From positions 98,954,001 through 99,018,000 of the forward strand of contig OZ076409.1 of assembly GCA_964187785.1 (NCBI GenBank): a DNA stretch of 64,000 nt, in the 5' to 3' direction. The notes under the pieces were generated by a model. It was not told the DNA's origin. It saw only the letters and a list, made by a program, of their open reading frames with translations, and made no database searches. The DNA is from Amphiscolops sp. MND2022. Lineage: Eukaryota. Each line of letters opens with the position of its first letter. Positions within the stretch are counted from its first letter, which is position 1. The position numbers were made by a program, and so were the translations under genes. Below are positions 52,274-63,133 of the stretch, in pieces.

Positions 52274-53098
52274 ATGTATGAAACTCCGTCTCTTCATAAG
52301 TTTGGTTATTCTAGTGAACAGCTAAAACTGAGGGAATATCAGGAGCTAAAAGATATAATAAAAAGTCAAGAAAAATTAGCCCAAATAACCCATTCCAAAT
52401 TAAAAGAAGATTTGCAACGCGATTTTGAAAAAGACATAGAAAATCACATAGAAAATCAAGAGAAATTAATAGAAGAAAAAATACTAGACGTGAAAGGGCA
52501 TCAAACACTAGACCCACAGGAAATTCAAAACGTTTTATTAAACACAAAGTTAATGAATGATATTTATTCCCAGTTTTCAGACCTTTCAAAAACTATAAAT
52601 AATTTAGAACAAAGTATGAAAAAATCTTTCGCCGAACAAAGAACTGCCTTAGTAAATGAGGTACTAAATTTAATACACAACAATAGTTTTGAAATGTTAA
52701 CAGTTCGTAATTTAAAGTTTATGAGTCAGGTGGGTCAAGCTGGAATGATTCTAAATGAAGATGAAATAAATAATATTCTTAATAGCCTAGATCAAAATAA
52801 AATTACTATAACCAACAACATAATTCAACTGCTTTATGACAAAGGTTTGTTCGATTCCTTTCCCAATAAAGATCAAGCTTTTGCAAATTATCTAACTTTC
52901 AGTGAAACATACCTCTTGGAAAAGTATGGAAAAACAATACCTACTTCAGATGGTGAATATTATCTGTCTGATTTAGAATATTCTACCAGACAATCAATTC
53001 TGGAGTCATTGAAAAAAGACAATTTTAAAGATCTTGTTGATATGAAACACAGAATGAAATTAACACCAACGGAAATAAATTTCATTTTATATGATTAA
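52274..53098 (+). CDS. Polinton hypothetical protein, 274 aa
   Basis: Long open ORF with the element's ATAAATG start context; N-terminal half looks coiled-coil; no family recognised. Confidence 0.7.
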   Translation: MYETPSLHKFGYSSEQLKLREYQELKDIIKSQEKLAQITHSKLKEDLQRDFEKDIENHIENQEKLIEEKILDVKGHQTLDPQEIQNVLLNTKLMNDIYSQFSDLSKTINNLEQSMKKSFAEQRTALVNEVLNLIHNNSFEMLTVRNLKFMSQVGQAGMILNEDEINNILNSLDQNKITITNNIIQLLYDKGLFDSFPNKDQAFANYLTFSETYLLEKYGKTIPTSDGEYYLSDLEYSTRQSILESLKKDNFKDLVDMKHRMKLTPTEINFILYD

Positions 53099-53101
53099 TA
53101 A

Positions 53102-53794
53102 ATGGAACAAAAACTCTATCCCTCCCTGACCCCCGCGACAGCTAACGCAACGGCCTCTCCCCCAGCACCATATGATGTAGGAACAAATATAGAATCAATG
53201 ATAAATAAGCGATTGCAAAGCGCGTTGCAAAACGAATTACAAAAAGTAAATAGCTTCAATAATTCTATTCAAAACATTAGTCTAATGATGAAAGATTATG
53301 AAATGGAAGAAAAGAAATACAAACAGAAATACAACAAATACAAGCTAATAAATAACCTAATTAACTCCCTCGATGGCATTATAGTGATTGGAACAACTTC
53401 AGCATCAATCTCACTAAGTATTACTGGTGTGGGTATTATAGTTGTTCCAATCGCTGCAGGAGTTGGTTGTACAACTGGTATTCTTGTTAAGATTTGTTCC
53501 GGTTATTTGAAGAAAAAGGAGCAAAATTATAAACTTAAGTACACTATTATTCAGAAGACTCTTGACGACTTTAGACAACTTTATGTCACTAGCCTAAAAG
53601 ACAACTGTATAGATGAAAAAGAATATCACCGATTTGTGACTCAATTTGAAAATTATCGCGAAGCTTCGCAGGTAGCTTCACAGGAAATTCACACAAAATC
53701 ACGCGCAGCTTCGCACACAGCTTCGCATACAAAATCACAAGTAGCTTCACACACACCACCAACAATACCACTTAAACCACACAATTTTTTATAA
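53102..53794 (+). CDS. Predicted membrane-active virion protein (adintovirus 'GasderminX'-like), 230 aa
   Basis: Basic coiled coil, then a Gly/Ser-rich hydrophobic hairpin (GIIVIGTTSASISLSITGVGIIVVPIAAGVG), then KKKEQNY...SLKDNCIDEKEY. Family assignment recalled, not searched. Confidence 0.6.
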   Translation: MEQKLYPSLTPATANATASPPAPYDVGTNIESMINKRLQSALQNELQKVNSFNNSIQNISLMMKDYEMEEKKYKQKYNKYKLINNLINSLDGIIVIGTTSASISLSITGVGIIVVPIAAGVGCTTGILVKICSGYLKKKEQNYKLKYTIIQKTLDDFRQLYVTSLKDNCIDEKEYHRFVTQFENYREASQVASQEIHTKSRAASHTASHTKSQVASHTPPTIPLKPHNFL

Positions 53795-53906
53795 TTAATT
53801 TATTCAATTTTAACATAAAAAATAGAATAAAAATTAACACTAATAATTGAAAAATATACTATTGAAAAATATGCTGCTATTAAATTCATAAATTTATTAT
53901 AAATAA

Positions 53907-56900
53907 ATGGAGAACTGCAGTATTTGTAATTCTGATTATAAAAAAGCTTACAAGTCTGATCATCTAAAATCAATAAAACATTTACAAAAATTAAATCAAT
54001 ATTATTGTAAAAAATGTAATACATTTATGCCATTGTCTGACAAGTCTAATCATCTAAATTCAGATGAACATAAAAACAAAACCAAACAACAACGCGAAGC
54101 TACACAAATTTGGTGTGAAGATTGTGGTAAATATATAAGTAATTCAAGACATTTCCAAAGTGAAATTCACACGTTAAGAAGTCAAAACCGCGAAAGCTAT
54201 CGCAACGCTACAAAAAACACATTTGGTAATACACTACATGATTCTGGAACTAACGTAGGAACTAACGTAGGAACTGGCGTAGAAATAATTGTGAATGAAA
54301 AAACATACATTAAACTGAGAGTAAACCCAACAAATCATCTTGAAGAACAGATTAATGATTTACTAAATAAAAATTACTTTCCCCGATACAAGTTCCAATT
54401 GAGTTATTTAGCTAAGTTTTCAAAAATAGTTAATGATGAGGAAGTTGTATTTCACAAATGGGTTAAATCAGATTTTAATTACAATCACGCGCAGCTTCGC
54501 ACACAGATTGCCTTCGGCACACAGCATAACACATTAATGCAGAAATTAGATGATGAACAATTAGAAGGATCAGGTTTTGTGTTAAATGGTATTGTCAATG
54601 TTATATTAGAAATTTATAAAGTTAATGATATTCAAGCTTCTTCGTGGATTGAGTTGCCAGAAAAATATAAGAATAATAAATCAATTATAAATATAAAAAA
54701 TGATGATCAATTTTGCTTTTTGTGGTGCATCCTAGCACACCTTTTTCCTGTTGAGGATCATAAAAATAGAACATCAAGTTATTCACAATTCACGAAGAAA
54801 CTCATTTTTAATGGTTTAGAATTCCCCATGAAAATTAAAGATATTCCCAAGTTCGAAAACTTAAATAATTTAAACGTAAATGTTTTTGAACTTACAAAAA
54901 CAGTTTTAACACCAATTCATATCAACACAAACTATGATCAACTACAAATAGATTTATTATTATATCAAAATCACTATTGCTTAATAACAAAAATGCATTG
55001 CCTACTAAATAAGGATTCGCACAGGAAATGGGTGTGTAGAAGATGTCTAACTGCATTTAGTTCTGAGGATATTCTCAACACATTGACCGTTGTCAAAAAC
55101 AACAACCAACTAATATCACATTCAGTTGGAAGGATCACTTAAAGTTCGAAGATTATCATATGAAAGTTCCCGTACCAATAAGAGTATATGCAGATTTTGA
55201 ATGCATTAATCACGCGACAGCTACCGCAGTTTCACAACCCGCGGAGCTTCGCACAAATACCGAAGGTGCTTTGCATGACCACGAAGCTGCGGTAGCTATC
55301 GCGCCCATAGACAAGTCCAAAGTATTATTTAAACAAATTCCAATTGCAGTAGGATTTTATATAATTTCACCATTTGGTAATAATTACAGCTCATACTTTG
55401 GTGAATCGTGTGTAACATGGTTTGTAAATGAAATGTTGACTCTAGAAAACATTGCTAGTAACTATTTTGAAACAAAATTACCTCTTGAAATAACTCCTGA
55501 AGAAGGCGTAGCTTCGCAAGAATCATTTCAACAATCCAAAGTGTGTTGGCTTTGTGAAAATCCACTCGGTGATGCCGAAGGTGCTTCGCATGATAAAGTT
55601 CGAGATCATGATCATCTTACAGGCAAGTACCGAGGAGCAGCCCACAACAAATGTAATTTAAATTGTAAAAAAAAGTCAAGTTCGTTTGTTCCTATATTTT
55701 TCCATAATTTCAGTGGTTATGATTGTCATTTAATTTTTGAAGAACTCTTAACATCAGCTTATAATCTAAAGTTACCAATAAATATTATACCAAAGTCAAT
55801 GGAAAATTATGTAAGTGTGCAAGTAGGTTGTTTAAGGTTTTTAGATTCATACAGATTTTTGAGTAGTAGTCTACAAAAACTTATAACATCATTAAATGAT
55901 TTTCCTTATATGCAAAATGAGGGCCTAACTGATGATTTATTTAAGAAAAAACTAGCTTATCCATACGAAAAATTCAATCTTAACAACCTGCATGAACCGC
56001 ACAGCTTCGCACTAAATCTAACAAAAGAGGACTATTGGTCAACACTGAATCAATCTTACCCATGCGAGGATGATATAAAAAGAACCCAACAATTGATTGA
56101 CACTTACAACATTACAACAGCACAAGAACTAACAGAATTGTACTTAAAAATGGATGTACTACAACTCACTGACGTGTTCGAAAACTTTGTTGAAACAAGC
56201 ACTCTTATGTACGGCATCAATCCGTTGTACAGTTACTCTTTACCTGGTTATACATGGAAAGCTGGTTTAAAACTTACTAAAATTAAATTAGATTTCATAA
56301 AAGACAAACAGTTATTATTACTACTTGAAAATAACATTCGTGGTGGAATTTCAAGTGTAATGGGACCCAGATTCATTGAGTCAAATGAAAGTACGAAACT
56401 TTTGTACATTGATGCAAATAATCTTTATGGATGGGCAATGAGTCAATACCTTCCTACTGGAGACTTTAAAAAGATGCGTAGCTTCGCGCGGAGCAGTCAC
56501 GAAGCTATGCAATATGATTCTGCACTGATGAATGAAATTAAAGAAGACATTTTGAATACACCAGATGATAATGAATATGGATACTTTATAGAATGTGATT
56601 TAGAATATCCAGCAGAAATTAAAGAAAAAACCGAAAACTTTCCACTTTGCCCTTATCAAACAAAAGCCGATCCAAATCTTTTCTCAGAATACATGAACAG
56701 TGTAAAACAACCCAACTACAAACCAACCGAGAAACTTATGTGTGACCTAACAAATAAATATAATTATATGATGCACTACAGGATGTTCAAGTTTTACACG
56801 AATTTGGGGATGAAAGTAACAAAGATTCACACAATCTACCGGTTCAAACAATCACTTTGGTTAGAAAAATACATTAATCATAACACACAAAAACGCACAG

Positions 56901-57910
56901 TATCTAAAACAAACTTTGAGAAGGACCTCTACAAATTAATGAACAACGCTTTCTTTGGGAAGACTATGGAAAATGTTAGAGACCGGACTAATTTAGAGTT
57001 TATCCCCCACACCAATATTGATCAAATAATAAAAAGACAATCCAAGTTAAGCTTTAAAGGAATCACTAATCATTACTCCGAATTCAGTGTTTACAAGTTT
57101 GATAAGGAAAAAGAAATTTTTGATAAACCAATATACTTGGGGTTTAGTGTTTTAGAACTGAGTAAATTGTTAATGTATGAGTTTTATTATCACAAATTAC
57201 AACCATATTACAGTTCGCGAAGCGATGCAAGTGTCAAACTGCATTACATGGATACAGACTCATTCATTCTAAGTATTAAAACTGGAGACCTTATAAATGA
57301 TTTGGAATACTTCAAAGATGATTTTGATTTCAGCGAGCTCGACCCAAGTCATGAGTTGTACAATTCTATTAACAAGAAAGTTATAGGTAAAATGAAAATA
57401 GAAACATCACCAATTATTGAATTAGACAACTTCATAGCTTTGAGATCTAAATCATATTCTTTTAGCTATGGAAGCACAGTTCAGAAGGTAACACAGAAGC
57501 TAACGCAGAAGTCAAAACAAAAAGGAATACAACATACACCATTTTATTCACAATTTATAAATTCATTATTTAACTCTGAAACAACAACTGCAACTAATTA
57601 TTCTATTAGAAGTAATGCTCACAACTTAACTGTTCAGAAACAAGATAAGCTAGCTTTGAATCCTTTTGATGACAAGCGTATGTACTTGAATCCAATACAA
57701 AGTTTATCATGGGATAAACACACACAAAAAGGTGATTGTCCTTGTATACTTTGTATAAAATTAGTTGGCTTGTATTACGCCGAACTGAGCACAAGGGATG
57801 GCAAACCAATTCGGGATGAAGAAATATACTATAACATTTGGACTCTGAAAGAAAAATTGAATCATCAAGACCTTTTAAATCTGATAAGTGATCGGGCCCA
57901 TTTATTGTGA
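53907..57910 (+). pseudogene. Protein-primed DNA polymerase B, split by one frameshift at ~55079 (ORFs 53907-55142 and 55160-57910)
   Basis: Three N-terminal C2H2-like fingers; ExoI YADFE; endonuclease VII-like insert CWLC..DHDHLTGKYRGAAHNKCN; ExoII FHNFSGYD; motif A YIDANNLYG; motif B KLMNNAFFGK; motif C YMDTDS. The -1 frame continues HIDRCQKQQPTNITFSWKDHLKFEDYHMKVP. Confidence 0.92.
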
Positions 57911-58108
57911 TACGCGATAGCTTTCGCGATAGCTTTCGCGAAGCTACGTGAAGCGAGACGCACACATCATTTATTATAATATTAGCATTATCATTTATCA
58001 TTTTTATTATCATAATCTGATACATTATCACGTTAGTTATCACGTTAGTTATTACGTTAGTTATCACATCATTTATAATTATTAATCTATGATTCATCAA
58101 ATAGGTTA

Positions 58109-59359
58109 TCACATGAGGTCAAAATGCCTTTGCCCATCACTACTAATACTTATTAGTTTTGGGGTTAATACAAGTGCATAAGCTATATGATCTGCTACAT
58201 CAATGGCAGCATTAAATTTAAATTCTAAACGGATTGGTTGAGAAGCTATTTGGTCTTTTTGTTTGCTGAGGTCAAATACAAATAGGGGGTAATTTGTTCT
58301 GAATTTGTTCAAATCAATGAAGGGATTGAGTAAGTTAGTTTCACTATTCAAGTGATAGAAGTTTTCAATTTCACTGTATGCTTGATCATATTTGTCACGG
58401 TCGTAGTCACATTCTATCCCATCATCGGGATATTTTTCTGATCCTATTTTACAAACAGCATTACTAATTGGCAACCGGTCAAACACTGCATTATCATGAA
58501 CCTGAGAATCAATTTTATTTCTAGCTTGAAATCCAACAATCACAAAAGTTGGACAGGACTCATTGTTGCTATTTCCTAATTCAAATGTCCAATTCGAATT
58601 TGTGTTAACATCTTTTCTAAAAATAATTCGTTCTGTGTAACTCAATTCGGTTGGATCTTTATTTAAGACCTGATTCATGACAAGTTGTTGGTTTTCCAGT
58701 GATGGAACATAGTGTGGAATATACCAACCAATGTCTTTAATAACCACTTTTGCAGCATCCACTCCAACACTTCTTAAAATGGCGTCATTGTTAGTGTTCC
58801 GTTTGAGAGTTAATGTGTAGCCCAACCCATAAGTTATTTTTTCTTGATCAGCAAATCCAAACAAGTCTTTTAGTTTTATTCTCACAAAAAAGGTTCCTTT
58901 CTCATTTTTGTTGTTTGTTAGTTCTTGTCTTCTGATAGTAGTATCTTCTTCAAACCCATACATTAATTGACTTGTGGATTTAGTGCTTGTCAGAAGTTTA
59001 TACATTAAAGAAATCAAGTGCAAATTGTCAACTTTTTCTAGGTGTTTCCCACTAGAAGTTGTTAATTTGGCTTCACTAAATAGAGAGATTGGCCCAAAGT
59101 TAACCAATCCAATTTCATCACCATCAGCATATCTTGTATTATTGTTTTTAAGTACTTCAAATTCTAGACTTATGAAACTATTTTGTAAACATATGTATGC
59201 ATCTTCTCTTGGGAAACTAATTGTAGTATTCGAGTTTGTATTGTTAATTGTCGCCAAACTACTTGGACTATACTTTATGAAATCAATTTTATGAATAGGT
59301 TTTTCAAGAGTGTATTTATTTTTTAAAGAAAACATATCTGTGTGCGAAGCTGCGCTCAT
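58109..59359 (-). CDS. Probable major capsid protein (double jelly-roll, hexon-like), 416 aa
   Basis: Size, beta-rich pattern and motifs PTFVIVGFQ..NAVFD, KYP, YPLFVFDLSKQ, AYAL..SSDG as in Polinton/adintovirus MCPs. Confidence 0.75.
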   Translation of the reverse strand: MSAASHTDMFSLKNKYTLEKPIHKIDFIKYSPSSLATINNTNSNTTISFPREDAYICLQNSFISLEFEVLKNNNTRYADGDEIGLVNFGPISLFSEAKLTTSSGKHLEKVDNLHLISLMYKLLTSTKSTSQLMYGFEEDTTIRRQELTNNKNEKGTFFVRIKLKDLFGFADQEKITYGLGYTLTLKRNTNNDAILRSVGVDAAKVVIKDIGWYIPHYVPSLENQQLVMNQVLNKDPTELSYTERIIFRKDVNTNSNWTFELGNSNNESCPTFVIVGFQARNKIDSQVHDNAVFDRLPISNAVCKIGSEKYPDDGIECDYDRDKYDQAYSEIENFYHLNSETNLLNPFIDLNKFRTNYPLFVFDLSKQKDQIASQPIRLEFKFNAAIDVADHIAYALVLTPKLISISSDGQRHFDLM

Positions 59360-59463
59360 TTATAATAAAAAAATATTGCGAAAGCTATCGCGAAAAATGT
59401 TGTAAAACTACGTGGGCACGATAGTTACACAGCTTCGCGAAAGCTTCGCGAAAGCCCTGCAAA

Positions 59464-60408
59464 TTACTCAAATTTGTGGAAAATATTCATACTTTCTAAC
59501 GTTTTGTTGTTAGAGTCAAAGTCGAATATGCTTCTTAAAAGTTCTTGTTCATAGTATTTTCCTTGAATAATTTCTCCGTTTTCATCATTTAGAGTGTATG
59601 TTACTGGGTTTGTTTTGTTGATGCTGTGTATTTTAAAAAGTTCTCTATTCCAATTTGTTGTATAACCTTTTGAATAAATGTTCCTTTTGTCAGGAACTCT
59701 TACAAAATCTCCCACTTGGAACTTGGGCGAAGCTGTGTGCAATTTATTATTATTAGGTATCAGATTGGCGAAGCTGCGCACGTGGCTTTGTGGTATTGCG
59801 CTCTTAAAACTCATTTCAAAAGGTGTCATTTTTGTTGTACCATGCACCCTATTATTATACTTTTGTAAAGCAGCATCAAGGTGATTCAACCAGTTACCTT
59901 TACCCTCAATATACATTGGTTCTTTGATTAAGTCCAAAAGTGTTCTATTGAAGCGTTCAACAAAAACAGCCTTCAAATCTGAATTCTTTGAATAAATTTG
60001 AATGTTTTGCTCTTTTAAATAGTGTAAAAATGTTGTGTTGTAAAACTCTTTACCTCTATCACTCCAAATTTTGTGTGGTTTTCTCTTCTCTTTTTCAATG
60101 AGACTTTTTAATGCAGTAGTCGTACTTTTTCCTGATTTATCTTTGAGGGGAATCGCCCATGCATATTTAGTATGGTTGTCAATTATTGTGAAAATAAACT
60201 TGTAGTTTTTGTTGTATTTGCTTAAACTTGAGCGATCAATTAAATCAATACTCCAACATTCATCTTTATAGTGAGTTTGTATTTGAATTCTTTGAAACTT
60301 TTTGATTACAGGAGAGAAAATTTCTTTAGTGATTTCTGTCTTTCGAGAGCTATCGCGAAGCTCCGCGCCGTCTCCTGTGCCAGCTTTCGCCTTTTGATTC
60401 ATGTTCAT
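59464..60408 (-). CDS. Retroviral-like (rve) integrase, 314 aa
   Basis: DDE core WSIDLID / WSDRGKEF / VERFNRTL; C-terminal FQVGDFVR..GYTTNW..YYEQEL typical of Polinton integrases. Confidence 0.93.
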   Translation of the reverse strand: MNMNQKAKAGTGDGAELRDSSRKTEITKEIFSPVIKKFQRIQIQTHYKDECWSIDLIDRSSLSKYNKNYKFIFTIIDNHTKYAWAIPLKDKSGKSTTTALKSLIEKEKRKPHKIWSDRGKEFYNTTFLHYLKEQNIQIYSKNSDLKAVFVERFNRTLLDLIKEPMYIEGKGNWLNHLDAALQKYNNRVHGTTKMTPFEMSFKSAIPQSHVRSFANLIPNNNKLHTASPKFQVGDFVRVPDKRNIYSKGYTTNWNRELFKIHSINKTNPVTYTLNDENGEIIQGKYYEQELLRSIFDFDSNNKTLESMNIFHKFE

Positions 60409-60431
60409 TTATAACAATTTTTTATAAATAA

Positions 60432-61651
60432 ATGAATAATGATTATTGCTTGCAGAGCTATAGAAATAATGATCAAGGAGTTAGCACAGGTGATGGAGCT
60501 GGCGCGGGAGCTACCGCAGGAGCCAACAAACTGTATTGGTATCAGAAAACACAACTTTATAAAGTAATCACAAATCCTATGTTTATTGTATGTTTAATTA
60601 TATTTATAGGTATTATTGTTGTAATATATTGGAATTATATTCGCCCTAGACAGTTTAAAACAATTTATAAAAAACTACTACAATTTGAAGGGTTCAAATA
60701 CTCTCATCTGACAAACCAGGAACGCGAAGCCCCCCAGGATACACGCGAAGCTACGCGCGAAGCTGAAGTTCATGGCAATTCCCACTTCATAATTTATGGT
60801 AGTAGTGGCTCTGGGAAGACAAGTTTTTTAAAGCATTATTTGGCGATAGCTAACGCACAAGTTGCAGAGCAAAGAACTTACGTAGTTTTTGGGCGAGATG
60901 AACGTGAGTTTCCCTCTCAAAATTTTGTACCACTACTGCAGTTGGAAAAAGTAGGCATTGAATCACTTGCTAATAAATTGTTGTACTGGATGATGCAGGT
61001 GCATATAAGAGTCTTAAAACAAAAGTAGAAGACATGTTCCGATTTGGTAGACACTTGGGGATTCAAGTGATATACCTTGCTCACTATGCAAAGGATGTTC
61101 TTCCAGTCGTGAGGGAAAATTGCTTCAAAATATACTTAACAATTAATAACCCAGATAATTTCTTCGAGTCGATTGTACAAACTTATGGGTTAGCTTCCGC
61201 GAAAGCTGACGCAGTTAATGGGCTTAATTGGAAATACTACCGGGATGAGTTAGAATATGGCATAATTGAATTTGACACAAGGAGTCAGAAATACAAGATT
61301 CTAAACGACAAGTACAAGTTAATTTATGATTCGAGCAAACGAAGTAAATGGGGCCCAGAACAACTTGTTGCTTATGAAAGTTACTTTTTCACTGGTGATG
61401 AATACAACAGACTCAAAATTTTCTTAGAGGAAATGTCCGACCAGACAATTGAAATAACACCACTCAACATAGCTTATTATTATGTGTTTTATTGCAAACA
61501 AAATAACATTAGGGTGAATGAATCCAAAATAGACAACTACGTACAACGCATGCAACAACCACTAATTAGTGATACAGTTAAAGAGGACTTCAAGAAGTTC
61601 ATTTATGATCATGCAAAAAATTTTACTAAAAATAAGCTAAATACAGCCTAG
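60432..61651 (+). pseudogene. A32/FtsK-like ATPase 1 with N-terminal TM helix, frameshifted at ~60977
   Basis: TM MFIVCLIIFIGIIVVIYW; Walker A GSSGSGKT; the -1 frame from 60977 gives Walker B IVVLDD and runs into MFRFGRH..VIYLAH of ORF 61034-61651. Confidence 0.82.
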
Positions 61652-61679
61652 CTGGCTTCGCATTAGCTTTACATAATGT

Positions 61680-61990
61680 TTAGTGATTATTTAGTGATTA
61701 TTGAGTGATTAGTGATTATTTAGTGATTATTTAGTGATTCTTAGAGGAATTTAGTGATCTGAGTAATTAGTGAATAATCACTAAGGTTTCACTAAATACC
61801 TCTAAGGTTTCACTAAGAGCATTTATTTTCACTAAATTTCACTATAATCTTTAATCTTAGAGAAATGAATACTCTTAGAGACACTTAGTGAAACCTTAGT
61901 GAAACCTTAGTGATTTTGCTTAGTGAAATTTAGTGATTACATAGTGATATTGAGTGATTCTTAGAGGAATTTAGTGATTTTTTACTAAAT
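61680..61990. repeat. Intergenic array of TTAGTGA motifs (direct-inverted-direct)
   Basis: About 25 exact or near copies at ~10-12 bp spacing; central block inverted (TCACTAA). Confidence 0.85.
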
Positions 61991-61992
61991 AA

Positions 61993-63117
61993 ATGAATTG
62001 CTTAATTTGTAATAAAAGTAGTGAAAAAAGTTTGTGTGATGATTGTAGTAATAAAAAAAGATGTAAAGACTGTAATATTATGAAGAATTGTAATACTTTT
62101 TATTCATACAAAAATGGTAAAATATACTCTTCATGCATTCAATGTTTTAATAAAAAGGTGAGGTGTGAATTTTGTAATAAGGAATTAAATAAGAGTTATT
62201 TAAGGTCACACATTAAAAAACAACACTATAAACAACACTATAATTATAATCAGCACTATAATCAGCATACTGGGGGCGGAGCTCTGCGTGATTTGCTTCC
62301 GCGACAGCTATCGCGACAGCTACCGCGACAGCTATCACTAGAGCTACAGCGAGAGTTACCACGAGGCGTGTCTTCACACAGTAATAATAATAATGCGGAA
62401 GCTAACGCGAAAGCTATCGCGAATAGCCCTGCGGGAGCTAACGCGGGAGCTAACGCGGGTGCTAATGCTAGTAGTGGTGTGAACGAAACTAATAGAACAT
62501 TAATAGTTGGGCCATCATTTTGTGGTAAGACTCATTTGTTGTTGAATAAATTACGATTGATTCGTTTGGAAGATCCAGAGAAACAAATTCGTATCATTAC
62601 AAGGAGTCCGGAACAATATGCAGGGCTACGCGAGGATGTGGAGCTTTATATTAGTGGAGCTTCGCAAGGCGCCTTGCAAGGAATAGAAGTGGAAGAAAAT
62701 GTGGGGGATTTGGAAGAGTATAGGGGGTGTTGTGTAGTATTTGATGATATGTTAGACTCCAACCAGAAATTGATTGATCCATTTTTTACTAGGGGAAGAC
62801 ACAAATCTTGTGATGTTTATTATTTATGTCAGAGTTATTTTGATGCACCAAAAAAGACAGTTAGGAACAATTCGAATATAATATTTTTATTTCAACAAAC
62901 ACTGAAAGATGTAGAACATATTCATAGGGACATATCAGGTTTTGATATGTCTTATGAGGAATTCAAAAGTTTGTGTAGAGAAGCATGGAACGAAAAATTC
63001 AACTACCTTTTAATAAACAGATTGGAAGGTAAAAATGGGAGTAGGTACAGGATTTGTAATGAATCTAATCCAAATTACAAGATCTTTAATCCACAAACTG
63101 ATCCTTTAAGTAATTAG
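61993..63117 (+). CDS. A32/FtsK-like packaging ATPase 2 with N-terminal Cys-rich/C2H2 region, 374 aa
   Basis: CxxC repeats and CEFC..HIKKQH; Walker A GPSFCGKT; Walker B CVVFDD; TRGRH; YLCQSYF. Confidence 0.88.
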   Translation: MNCLICNKSSEKSLCDDCSNKKRCKDCNIMKNCNTFYSYKNGKIYSSCIQCFNKKVRCEFCNKELNKSYLRSHIKKQHYKQHYNYNQHYNQHTGGGALRDLLPRQLSRQLPRQLSLELQRELPRGVSSHSNNNNAEANAKAIANSPAGANAGANAGANASSGVNETNRTLIVGPSFCGKTHLLLNKLRLIRLEDPEKQIRIITRSPEQYAGLREDVELYISGASQGALQGIEVEENVGDLEEYRGCCVVFDDMLDSNQKLIDPFFTRGRHKSCDVYYLCQSYFDAPKKTVRNNSNIIFLFQQTLKDVEHIHRDISGFDMSYEEFKSLCREAWNEKFNYLLINRLEGKNGSRYRICNESNPNYKIFNPQTDPLSN

Positions 63118-63133
63118 GGACTTCGTGACGAGA

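Noticed and set aside
55160..57910. ORFs 55160-57910 and 61034-61651 as independent genes
   Set aside because: Conserved motifs continue upstream in the same frame and the ATAAATG context is absent; they are frameshift fragments.
57606..58112. 168-aa minus-strand ORF
   Set aside because: Non-ATG start, low complexity from a 12-bp tandem repeat (~58026-58066), and partly antisense to pPolB.
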